Assembly (NCBI RefSeq): GCF_004010195.1 | Contig: NC_057718.1 | Span: 89,279,645 to 89,343,644, forward strand | DNA length: 64,000 bases | Origin: Chiloscyllium plagiosum | Lineage: Eukaryota | Reading direction: 5' to 3' | Shown: piece after piece, positions 39,140 through 50,429 of the stretch | Position numbering within the stretch: the stretch's first letter is position 1 | How the letters are laid out: each line of letters starts with the position of its first letter | Translations under genes and position numbers: made by a program | The notes under the pieces: model-generated | Seen by the model: the letters and a program-made list of their open reading frames with translations, nothing else | Told to the model about the DNA's origin: nothing | Database searches by the model: none

Positions 39140-39878
39140 TTCTTCTGGAGTATTGTGTGCAATGCTGTTATAGGAAGGACATATTAAACTGGAAAGGATT
39201 CAGAAAAGACGTTGCCGGGAATGGAAGGTATGGAGACTGGAAAGACTGGACCTTTGTTTTTAACTGGAGTGTAGGTGGCTGAGGGGCGACCTTATCGAGG
39301 GTTTATAAGATTGCAAGGGACATAGATAAGGTGAATAAGAATGGTCTTTTCCCCAGGGTGGGGGAGTTCAAAACCAGGGAGCATATTTTTGAGGGGAGAG
39401 GAGGATGTTTTAAAAAGGACATGACGGGCAACTATTGTGCACAGACAGCGGTTCGTGTGTAGAATGAACTTTCAGAGATAGCGATGGATGCAGGAACAGT
39501 AACAACATCTAAAGACATATGGGCAAGTTCACGAATAGGAAAGGTTTGGAGGGATATGGGATGGGACAAAAGGTGTGGCGCTAGTAAAGCACAGCAGATC
39601 AGGAAACGTCCGAGGAGTGGGAGAGTCAACGGTTCGGGCACAAACCCTTCATCAGGAATGAAGAGCGTTTGCACAAAACATTGGCTCTCCTAGTTCTCAG
39701 ATGCTGCCTGACCTGCTGTGCTTTTCCAGCACCACACCTTCCGACTCTGATTCTCCAGCATCTGCAGTCCTCACTTTCTCCTTGGAGGGATATGGGCCAG
39801 GAGCAGGCAGGTGGGACTGGTTTAGTCTGGGATTACAGACGGCATGGACTGGTTGGACCGAAGGGTCTGTTTCCATGA
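39140..39878 (+). mobile_element. CR1 3' fragment containing a palindromic family-A element (39561-39781) with 15 bp TSD ttggagggatatggg
   Basis: Direct repeat at 39546-39560 and 39782-39796. Confidence 0.85.
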
Positions 39879-40322
39879 TTGTTTTCTCAGCATTGAGAGC
39901 TACTGTGCCAGTGTGGCGTATGACTAATGTCAATTGGAGTTGGGACTCACTGTTAGTGTTCAGCATTCCAACAATGACAGGCCTCTCAACACTGTTCGCA
40001 AAGGACTGTGGGGGGGGGGGATGTAGCCAGTACAGGGAGGGCAGTGGACAGCAAGGTAGCTCAAGCTAAAGCCTGGCAAGGCCTCAGTGCTTCCGGAACC
40101 AGCCTGCCCACCGACAGGGCTGGAATACCCATGCTGGGAGCTCCCAGCTATTGGCTTTCCAGAGGGTGCAAGGGTTACAGAGTGAGAGCAGGCGAGCGAG
40201 AGAGGGAGGGATTATAATCAGCAAGAGGGAGGGAGGAACAGGGGTTTCCTTGGGGGGTGGGGATGGGGGCAGCATTCCTATCCCTCCCACAACTACTGCT
40301 GGATCTGGATGCTCAAGCTTCC

Positions 40323-40449
40323 CATTCCTGACGAAGGGCTTTTGCCTGAAACGTCAATTTTCCTGCTCCTCAGTTTCTGCCTGACCTGCTGTGCTTTTCC
40401 AGCACCACTCCAAACTTGACTCTAATCTCCAGCATCTCCAGTACCCAGT
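40323..40449 (+). mobile_element. Family-A element with intact hammerhead core and 10 bp TSD tcaagcttcc
   Basis: ctgacga-a-gggc-tttt-gcct-gaaacgtc; direct repeat at 40313-40322 and 40450-40459. Confidence 0.8.
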
Positions 40450-41024
40450 TCAAGCTTCCAGCCCACTGCCAGGTCTTCCAGTCCCAGGAAATATTTAAAA
40501 TCTGTCAATCTTTCTCCAGACAGGAACATTCAGACGCACTTGAAACCCCGATGTACACATGCTGACTGTGTTGGTGAGCCACAGCACATCTTGCCTTTCG
40601 GAGAATTCGCTTTGTGCTGTGTGTGTATAAGGTTGTGACTCTGCCTGTGGGACTGGCAGAGTCCACAACCTTTGGGACTGCAAAGTGCCCACATATAAAT
40701 CAGTGGATTTGCTGTAATTTATTTGTTTTAATTCATGGGATGCAGGCAACATTGAAGGGGCCAGCATTTACTGCCTGTCCCTAGTGGCTCTTGAGAAGAC
40801 GGTGGTGAGCTGCCATCTTGAACCCTTGCAGTTCAGATTGGTCCACCATGGCCTGTTTGGGTGGGGGGGTGGGGGAGGTGGCGGAGATTCCAGGATTTGG
40901 ACCCAGCAGTACTGAAGGAACAGCAATATATTTCCATGTGAGTGGCTTGGATGGGAACTTAAGAGTGTGGTGTTCCCTCGCATCTGCCAGCCTTGTCAAT
41001 CTAGATGGTAGTGATGTGGTGGAG

Positions 41025-41125
41025 GGGCTGGTGTTGGACTGGGGTGGACAACGTCATAAGTCGCACAACACCAGGTTATAATGAACTTCACCTGAAGAAG
41101 GAGCAGCGCTCCAAAAGCTTATGAT
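41025..41125. mobile_element. Family-C Penelope-derived fragment
   Basis: gtgttggactggggtggacaa start as at 14187; core cctgaagaaggagcagcgctccaaaagc. Confidence 0.6.
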
Positions 41126-41849
41126 TACACTCACACTCACAACCCCCACCCCAGACAGACACACACACAGACACAAACACACAATGATATTACTAACAGA
41201 TTGCCTGTGGTATTGCACTTGGCCGAGTACAGGATATAATTTAGTCTTGGTATTAAAATCTGACAGGAAGTTACCATAAGTGTAAACTACACACAAGACT
41301 ATTAATGTGGGTTCGAATGCAACAGGAAGTAGAGTTATGGTGAAAACCAATGCACAAGTAAGGTAACTTGTCAGGAGGCCTGGATTTAACCCACACCCAG
41401 CAGCTGAGCAGCCCAAGTTAGTGTATCCAAGGGTTGCTAACCCAGAGAACTTTGCTCATAACTTGACTTCTCGTGAGAAGTGACTGCTTTTGGAAGTGGA
41501 GTTTCCTGTAACGTTGCCAGAATCTAAACACAGGTTACTTTGGTCACTTCCTCAGATGGTTCTATTTGAAACCATCAGATCACATTCTAATATTAACTAT
41601 GGAGGATTTTGTACAATGGTTTGGACCGAGCATTAACAACCAGCTCTTTACCCTTTTCTGAATATAGACTTTAACGGGTTAAGAACTGTAACAAAAACAT
41701 CAGATCTATCAGATAATGGAAACTTAGAGAAGTGGGTTGGAAACTTATCAAAGTAACATCGTGCAGGTGATGGTGCGCTCCAGCCTGCCCATCGGTCTCT
41801 AAAAGCCTCTCCAATACCAGTTCGCACTGTTCGTTCCCTCGTGATGGGA

Positions 41850-42360
41850 CCTGTATGGGAATCTAATTGCAAACCAGGGGCAGGCACACTGATATGATGA
41901 CCCTCTCCTCAGGCCGCTGCCTGGACCTGCTGAAGGCCACTTTGGCCAGGCCCAGGAGCAGACTCCACCAGGAGACCCTCCCATGTTTCCAGCTCCTGCC
42001 CTCATGGGGGCGCTCTGGAGTCAGGAGCGTGGGGCTGGAGTGCAACAAAAGCTTTAAGAGGAGCCCTTTCAAACAGCCAAAGAGGAAATGCCAATGTGAA
42101 CACTCAACACCGTTGTGGAAAACCAATTCCTCCCCTGGGCCCCAAAGTCTACAAGTGGCCTGGCCATCAGTGAACATCCTCAGTCTAACGTTGTGTAGTA
42201 TTGCTGTGTATACCACTCTCCTCCCCAGATCCCTGATGATGGAGGTGGGGGGGGAGGCGGGGAGAGACCCCTTTATAAAGGGACACGTTCCCATCGCTCC
42301 ACACTGACCATCAGAGGGGGGAACACTGACGCAGACCAATTGGCTCTCCAGCATTTGAAG
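41850..42360 (-). mobile_element. Tx1-clade (L1 superfamily) LINE ORF2 C-terminal fragment
   Basis: LKGLLLKLLLHSSPTLL...SLLLGLAKVAFSRSRQR motif, frameshifted. Confidence 0.7.
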
Positions 42361-42623
42361 GATAGGCCCGAATTGTTTGGATTCTCCAACTCATTACATC
42401 TTTTTGACGCGAGCCTGTTACTCTCTCCCCGTTCCTCATTCCGTTCCTACTCTCCGCCACTCCATCCTTCTCACTCCCCTCCCATCACTGTTTGTCACAG
42501 CATGTTGCCTGACCCCTCACTCCCACGACGCTGTTGCTCTGGCGTGACTCGGGATGGTTTCGGTCCTTCGCGACCCGACAACGATGGCACATGACGGGAG
42601 TGAGCTGCGCTGCTGCCACTCAC

Positions 42624-42818
42624 CTTCAGCAGGAGGTTCAGCTGCTTTCTCTGTTCCTCCAGGTGGATATTGGCAGCCTGCCATTGCTCTTGTATGTCAG
42701 TGAGTTCAGCCTGCAGCGTAGCCTCGGCCTCTGCGTCAGCAGACAGCAGGAGCTGTTTCCCAGCCTCCACTGTCAGGATGTAACTCCCCTGCTGACGCTG
42801 CAGCACCTTCTCCTTCAG
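42624..42818 (-). CDS. SYNE1: Nesprin-1 coding exon LKEKVLQRQQGSYILTVEAGKQLLLSAD...NLLLK
   Basis: ctctacAG acceptor after a CT microsatellite, AAG|GTGAGT donor, 195 bp, phase 0/0. Confidence 0.95.
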
Positions 42819-42821
42819 CTG

Positions 42822-43278
42822 TAGAGGGAGAGAGAGAGAGAGAGAGAGAGAAGAGAGTGAGAGAGGGGAAAGAGAGAGAGAGGAGGGAGAGAGGGGGTAG
42901 AGAGAGAGAGAGCAGAGAGNNNNNNNNNNNNNNNNNNNNNNNNNNNNNNNNNNNNNNNNNNNNNNNNNNNNNNNNNNNNNNNNNNNNNNNNNNNNNNNNN
43001 NNNNNNNNNNNNNNNNNNNNNNNNNNNNNNNNNNNNNNNNNNNNNNNNNAGAATGAGAGAACGAGAGCAAGAGAGTGGGAGCGAGAGAACGAGAGAGCAT
43101 GAGAAAAAGAACGAGAGAGAGAGAATGAGAGAACGAGAGCAAGAAAGTGGGAGCGAAAGAACGAGAGAGCACGAGAAAAAGAATGAGAGAACGAGAGCAA
43201 GAGAGTGGGAGCGAGAGAATTAGAGAGAGAGAGAGAGAGAAAACAAGAGAGAGAGAGAACGAGAGAGAGAGAGAGAAC
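42822..43278. repeat. GA-rich microsatellite/minisatellite containing a 130-N assembly gap (42920-43049)
   Basis: Directly visible. Confidence 0.95.
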
Positions 43279-43544
43279 ATTAATCCCTAGTTTATGCAAA
43301 GTGTCTGAGGCCCATGACAGTAGACTGATCGCGGAGTGAAGGTGATAGTCAGGGCGGCCAAATGTCCAAGGGCTGTTGCCAGCAATGACCACTTAAACAC
43401 CCAAACTGATGGCCAGACAACAAGTTCTCCTGGACTCCGTTAAGCAACACAGTGAACAGTGATGATAAGAAATGGAACAGTAAGAAGTGAACATAGTAGA
43501 AGGTGCACAGTTGGACGGTGCTACAGTAGCACAGAATTAAAAAA

Positions 43545-44900
43545 GAAACAGAAAGTGCTGGGAATACTCAGCAAGTCTGGCAGCATCAATGGAGACTGAG
43601 AGAGAGAGTTAACGGGTCAGGTCGATTTTTTCAGTTCAGAACTGGAATAAATGAGAGAAGTAAAAAGGTTTCAAACAATCCCAGAGGCAGGGATAAGGGA
43701 GAGGGAGGAAAGAGCCTTTAGTTAAATGCTAAAAGGAATGATGATCCCTGATGAAGGGCTTATGCTTGAAACGTCGACTCTCCTGCCCCTCGGACGCTGC
43801 CTGACCTGCTGTGCTTTTCCAGCACCACACTTCTCGACTCTGATCTCCAGCATCTGTGGTCCTCACTTGCTCCCAAAAGCAAGGAGAAAGGAGATATGGA
43901 CATAAGAGACAGGACAGGGTTTGATACGATCAAGGTTCACCGTGGTCACAGGACGAGGAACGAAAGGTAGAATTCGAGCAGGCCTGAACAGGAAGAACAG
44001 AATGGATACCACCCAAAACACACATCATGAAGGAAGGAGGAAAGGGAAGGGAAGGGAAGGAAGGTACAATTAAAATCTGAAATTGTCGAACTTTGTGTTG
44101 AGTCTGGAAGGCTGTGAAGTCTCTCCTCAAGAGCCTTGCATTGAGTTTCACAGGAACAGTGCACCAAGGCCTGAGGGCCAAGGGGTCAGTGTGGGAACAG
44201 GGCAGAGACTGACCATGACGGTCGCCTGCAAAACAGCCGGCAAATCCCAAACCTCAAAATGAAAGACAGGGGTGCACATCACAAGCAGCGGAGGCAGTAG
44301 ACTAAAATACAAGCTCGTCACAGGAGACCAGTGCAGTCTTGCATGAGGAGAATGGAGGAGGGAAATGGAGGGGATGTTCCATCTGCGGTGCCCTGGATGT
44401 TACCTGGGTGCTGGGGGTGACCGAGAGCAGACCAGGCCATTAGGGAGTGAACATGAAGAAAGTAATACATGTTTGTTGGTTTCAGGTTGGCAGGTCATGT
44501 ATGTTGAGTGTCCATTTGAATTCAGGTAGTGGACATGAACCAGGAATTCACATGCGCTCCTGTATATTGGAGCAGATTGAAACTGCAGCTGGTCCGTATG
44601 GAGGGGTGGCTTTGTAACATGAGATACTCCATACAGTAGCTTCAAGTTTATAACATCTAGGTTCCAGCTCTAACCTGGCTCCCTTCGATAGGATGGCAGA
44701 GGGGGATCTATTCAATCAGGAGCCGGTCTGAAAGAAGGTGAGGACAAGGGGATCCTATCCTGGCTCTGAGAGGGAGGGTAGGAGGTAACAGCAGAAGTGG
44801 AACAGTCACTAGCATGGGTCTGCCAACCACCGCTGTTCACTGAGGGATAAGGGAAATGTATCTGGACCTTTGGTGAGGAGGATTACATCATCAGGTCAGA
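43545..44900 (-). mobile_element. Highly degraded Penelope-like element (family-B terminus) with a nested family-A copy at 43745-43873 (+)
   Basis: ctcagcaagtctggcagcatc..gagttaacg terminus and PLE-like C-terminal remnant near 44075-44220. Nested copy has ctgatgaagggcttatgcttgaaacgtc. Confidence 0.5.
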
Positions 44901-45537
44901 CGTAACAAAGCCAAAGGAGAGTGGAATGTGGTCAGGAAGCTGAGGAAATATCTTTACACCCACAGGGTGAGGGGTGTCCATAACTTACCACCACTGTCAC
45001 AGTAACAGAGGCAGGAGTCTTCAAGAAATATTTAGACGGCACTGGAAATACCAGACCATGGGCAACTGCAGGAAAATGGGATTAAAAACAGAAAGATGCT
45101 CGATGACACAGCAGGAAAAAAAGCCTTTTGACTGGGTTTCTCCCCAGGATGTGAGGCTGTACGGTGAGTCAGAGTGATGGCAATTACAGTGAATAATGAC
45201 AAATTGTCCCCATTGCTGGAGGCAGGCCAATGGAGGGAGGGAGAGAAGACTTCCTCCGGGGCAGTGGGCACAGACAGTGGCACTAGGAAATGGGCAAAGA
45301 GACAATGGCACTGGGGGAGGGGAGGGAGAGAAGGCACAGAGGGAGGAGAGAGAGAGACACAGACAGAGAGCGCGAACACAATGGGTGAGGAGGCAGAGGG
45401 ACTGAGGAGGAGAGGAAGAGGCAGTGAGGGGAGGAGAAGCCTATGGCAGGGAGAAATCGGGGGAGGATGCAGGTGACTAGACAGAGGACAGTGACATGAA
45501 CTGGAGATGGTTACAGTAATACAGGATTAGACATGAA

Positions 45538-45745
45538 TACACGTTCTCCCGCTATCAGAAAGTCGAGCGTCCCTGTGAAACCTTTCGTAAGCCGAAATGA
45601 CGTAGAGTGAAGAAGCAATAACTTTTTCGGTAAAAGCGAAAATCATCTTTGGATTTCTTTTGGTTAGTGAAAACAGGGACTAATGTAGGTCTGTTGTAAA
45701 AGTGAAGTGTGTAAAGTGAACTTTCAAAAAGTGGGGTACCATGTC
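45538..45745. mobile_element. Tigger-like MITE, degenerate
   Basis: Imperfect TIRs tacacgttctcccgct / agtggggtaccatgt, internal repeated cgaaa/gtaaa motifs. Confidence 0.45.
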
Positions 45746-45864
45746 ATTAATTGACAATGTCAGGAAGTCTCTCTCTCTCTCTCTCTCCTTGCTGCGTGCT
45801 GTGACAGCGAGAGGGACATAAATCAGCGTGAGATTGGGTACACTGTGAGAACAGCGATGCTCAC

Positions 45865-46102
45865 CTGCACCTCATCCAGCAGGCTCCTGGCCTGCTGCAG
45901 GGCAATGGGAGCTGCACTGCCCCACCTCTGCTCCAGCTGCTGGGAGACATCCGACAGCCACTTCCTCAGCTTCTCCGCCAGCTCCCGGTAACGCTGCCAC
46001 TGCCGGACCTGACTGTCAATAATCCCTCTCCGCTGCTGTGCCCGCCGGATCACCCCCTGCCACTGGTTACTCAGCATCGCCAACTTTGAGTTAAACTCAT
46101 CC
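45865..46102 (-). CDS. SYNE1: Nesprin-1 coding exon (R)DEFNSKLAML...ARSLLDEVQ
   Basis: ggttAG acceptor, CAG|GTGAGC donor, 238 bp, phase 2/0. Contains SNQWQGVIRRAQQRRGIIDSQ. Confidence 0.95.
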
Positions 46103-46785
46103 CTAACCGAGAGAGAAAACAAACAAACAAAACGCAGCATGGTTTATTTGATTCGAGCCGAACTGTTCCTCATCACCGTCAGGCACTCTGCGATTTGTTG
46201 GAGGTTCATCAGGGCTGAAGAGTGTCGATGAACAGGAAACACAGAGATCATTCAGCCCCTCAACCTGCTGCACAGAACACAAAAGTAATTCAAGCCTGTT
46301 ATACAGGAACAGGAGGGGCCCATTCCATCATTCATGGAGATCCTGGTTGATCTGCATCTTCATTCCATCTACCAGTCCTTCCTCTTTATTTCTTCATCTC
46401 TGTTACCAAGCAAATCGCGACCATCAAATTTTATCCCACCCTCTTTCCATGCACTCCAGACCCACAGCAATGTGGTTGACTCTTAACTGCCCTCTGGGCA
46501 ATTAGGGAGAGACAATAAATGCTGGCCTGACCAGTGATGCTCTCATCCCATGAATGAATATTTAAAAAAAAACAAAAGCACTTCTACAGACAGAGCACAG
46601 AGATCCAGATTTTCATTGCCTTGCACGTGCTTCCTGATAGGATCCGGACCAGCCTCCCACTCGTTTTAAGGCACTGTACCCATGTCTTGGCACATGGACA
46701 ATGCTGTAAAGTTAGTTTTGCTTATTTATTGAATTAAAAGGGACATAAGGAGCAACATTTTCACGCAGAGGGTGATGCATGTGCA

Positions 46786-47268
46786 ACAAGTAAAACTAAT
46801 GTCATTTACAAAATATCTCGCAGAACTGTAACAAAGACTACATTGGATAAACAGGCAGAAAACTAGCCACCAGGATATATGAACACCAACTAGCCACAAA
46901 AAGACATGACCCACTCTCCCTAGTATCCTTACATACAGATAAGGAAGGACACCACTGGTACAACACATCCACCCTCGGACAAGCCAAACAGAGACATGCA
47001 TGAGAATTCCTAGAAGCATGGCATTCCAACTGGAACTCTATCAACAAACACATCGACTTAGATCCCATTTACCACCCTCTGAGAAAAAGAACAGGAAATG
47101 ACATCACCACAGGAAATGGCATCACCAACCCAAGGAAACCTCAACACATAAATGAAAGCAGGTCACTGACACCAGTGCTTCACCGGAGACTCACTGATGA
47201 CGTTACCTAGTATGGTGGCGAAACGTCTGAAATAGAACCTTCCAGTTCAGCGAGCAAACTTACATCCG
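46786..47268 (+). mobile_element. Penelope-like element 3' fragment: GIY-YIG endonuclease remnant plus terminal repeat
   Basis: TNVIYKI..NCNKDYIG*TGRKLATRIYEHQLATKRHD...EFLEAWHS..SINKHIDLDPIY with stops and frameshifts. Confidence 0.85.
47191..47230 (+). ncRNA. Minimal hammerhead ribozyme motif
   Basis: UCA-CUGAUGA-C-GUUACC(UAGUAU)GGUGGC-GAAAC-GUC-UGA. Confidence 0.7.
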
Positions 47269-47540
47269 GCAACTTTTGATTTGAACCCAACTGAGCTAAA
47301 ATGCAAACTTTGCCCTCTTGGGGGCGTTTATAACTGAGGGTAACAGGGAGGAGGGATTTCTATGAAACAGAATTAAAGGGAAGCTCCTGCTGCTGGTCAG
47401 GGGAGACAATGGCATACTGGTGATATCACTAGACGATAATCTAGAGACCCTGGCTCATGACATTCAGATTGGGCTCAAGCGCCTCCTTGACAACTGGTGG
47501 AATTTCAATTCATAAAATCTGGAATTGAAAGCTAGTCGTG

Positions 47541-47873
47541 AATCATAGAATCCCTAGAGTGTGGAAGGGGGCCTTTCGACCCATCGCGTCCACGCTGACC
47601 CTCCAAAGAGTATCCCACCCAGACCCACACGCCACATATCTTTTCCCTGTAACCCTGCATTTCCCCTGACTAATCCACGTAACCTGCACATCCCTGAACA
47701 CTATGCACAACTTAGCATAGCCAATCCAACTGACCTGCACATCTTTAGACTGTGCGAGGAAACCAGAGCACCCGGAGGAAACTCACAGGGAGACTGTGCA
47801 ATCTCTACAGAGGCAGTCGCCCGAGGGTGGAATCGAACCCGGGTCTCTGGTGCTGTGAAGCAGCAGTGCTAAC
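47541..47873 (-). mobile_element. HE1-type SINE nested in a Deu-SINE
   Basis: Reverse-complement HE1 body and tail. Confidence 0.85.
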
Positions 47874-48089
47874 TAGAGTAACAATGGTAACAATGAAACT
47901 ATCACCGGATTGTTGTAAAAACCCATCTGGTTCACTCATACCCTTCAGGGAAAGAAATCTGCCATTTGTAACCAGTCTGGCCTACATGTAACTCCAGACC
48001 CACTGCAACATGGTTCATACTCATCTGCTCTCAAGGGAAATTAGAGGCGGAGCTCAAATGTTGGCCTGGATTCACTGATGAATTCAAGG

Positions 48090-48540
48090 GATTCAGAAAA
48101 GATTTACAAGGATGTTGCCAGGGTTGTGAGGGTTTGAGGTCTAGGGAGAGGCTGAACAGGCTGGGGCTGTTTTCCCTGGAGCATCGGAGGCTGAGGGGTG
48201 ACCTTATAGAGGTTTACAAAATCATGAGGAGCATGGATAGGGTAAATAGGCAAGGTCTTTTCCCTGTGGTGGGGCAGTCCAGAACTAGAGGGCATAGGTT
48301 TAGGGGAAAGATATAAAAGGGACCTAAGGGGCAACTTTTTCACACAGAGAGTGGTGCGTGTATGGAATGAGCTGCCAGAGGAAGTGGTGGAGGCTGGTAC
48401 AATTACAATATTTAAAAGGCATCTGAATGGGTATATGAATCGAAAGGGTTTAGAGGGATATGGTCCAGGCGCTGGCAAATAAGACGAGATTAATTTAGGA
48501 TAAATAATCTTCGTGGCATGGATGAAGGGTCTGCTTCATG
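48090..48540 (+). mobile_element. CR1 3' fragment
   Basis: LNRLGLFSLEHRRLRGDLIEVYKIM. Confidence 0.9.
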
Positions 48541-49138
48541 TCTCTCGACCCTAACTATAGGCCATGGAGAGTCAGTAGAGACTTGCAAGAGACTGGGGGA
48601 ATGAATAACAAGGCCTTACAAACCAGACATATTAAATACCGAACAGAAACAGGAAGTGCTTTCGAAACTCAGCAGGTCTGGCAGCATCGTGGAGAGAAAG
48701 CAGAGTTAACATTTCGGGTCCAGTGATCTTTTCTCAGAACCTATCTTCCCAGAAGTTTCTGATTTTCAGCACCCACAGTTCTTTACTTTAATTTCAGCAT
48801 TAAACTCCAATCTGATTTCTTCATCTGAATTTCTGTGGAACCAGTTTGATTGGAATTACACCAAAATTAAACAGATCTCAACTCATATAGGTTTATTCTA
48901 AATAAAAATAGCTGGATAGTGACTACTCTTCGATGTAATGAGAGGACTGTGAGCTACATTCCTTTTCATTTCCCTTTACAGACTGTTCCTTGCACTGCAC
49001 AGTCCCTTCAAGATTGCTGTGCACCTTAACGCGTTCGCTGCTCACACACTCAGCTTCTGCACGGCAGCACATTCTCAACACAAGTGCAGCCAGCCCTCCA
49101 GAGCAGCTGGGAGGGAAAACTGACTGCGAGGCTCCTAC

Positions 49139-49233
49139 CTGTCATCAACCTGGCCTTGCTCCAGGAGGCGCTGTCCGTCGCTGATGATGGAGTGCAGGAT
49201 CTGCTGTCGGCTGAACATTTCTGTCTGGAACAA
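49139..49233 (-). CDS. SYNE1: Nesprin-1 coding exon LFQTEMFSRQQILHSIISDGQRLLEQGQVDD (this frame is absent from the ORF track)
   Basis: gtgcAG acceptor, AG|GTAGGA donor, 95 bp, phase 0/2. Hand translation matches nesprin-1. Confidence 0.95.
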
Positions 49234-50089
49234 CTGCACCAGAAACAAAAGGAGGGAAAGTAAGGTGGAAAGAAGGTGCTGAGATATCGCATCAGCTCAT
49301 GTTTGCTCGGAACAGCTCAGTAATTTAGAACAGCGTGCACTTAGATCATGTACGGACACAGTTCCACTTGACATGGACACAAAAGGCCCCATGTTTCCCA
49401 TGTCCAGTGACATCTGACTGATCGGTTTTGTTTCAGCAGTTAAAGAAGCAATGGGAGAAACTCCCTCAACTCTTCTCCTAACCCTCCTGAAGAGCAGAAT
49501 TTCTCAACCACAGGGAGGCGCTGCTAACAGTGCAGCACTCCCTCAGTACTGTGTCAGAAGTGGTTGCCTATGGTAGGCAATCAAGTCTTTGGAGCGGGAC
49601 TTGACCTCAGAGAATGGACCAATTAGTGCAAAGATAGGTTTCCCGAGGGGGGCAGGGAACGGACATTCAGAGGGAGCTGCGTCCCATCCTGTTGCTGTTA
49701 ATTTTTAAGACATCAATTGGATTAATAGTGGGGGCAAGGAACACATAGAGATTGGCACAACTTGACATAGATACCCAAGGGCAGCACAGACAGGAAATAT
49801 AAATGAATAGGCACCTCAGGATACCCATCTAGTGCCATCAAACAAAAGGGGGCTGTGCTCCTGGATTCCAGACAGGAAGCATTATGGTGGAAGAGTTTCA
49901 CCCAACCACCAGTCTTATTCACAGCTTTTTACCCCAATGCACCAAGCTGGGGCAACACTGGCAGTAGGTAACTGACGCCCACCCCAGACTGCCCCACTAC
50001 ACGGTGTGCAAGTGTAGTTACATGTAGTTCAGACCAGCAGATACCTTTTCAGAACCAATGGGGATCCCAGGAGCTCGCATGGTCAGTTG

Positions 50090-50429
50090 GAATCACAGAA
50101 TTCCTACAGTGCACAGAGGACCATTTGGCCCATCGAGCCTGCACTGACCTTCTAAAGAGCATCCCATCCAATCACTATCGCCTCATAGATCCCCCCCATG
50201 GCTAATCCACCTAGTATACACGTCACTGGCCACTATGGGCAAGTTAGCATGGCCAATCCACCTGACCTGCACATGTTTGGGCTGTGGGAGGAAACCACAG
50301 CACCCAGAGGAAACCCACGCAGACACGGGGAGAATGTCTGAACTCCACACACAGCCTGAGGCTGGAATCAAACTGGGGTCGCTGGTGCTGTGAGGCAGCC
50401 GTGCTAACCACTGAGCCACCATGCCACCC
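50090..50429 (-). mobile_element. HE1-type SINE
   Basis: Reverse-complement head gtgctaaccactgagccaccatgcc. Confidence 0.88.
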
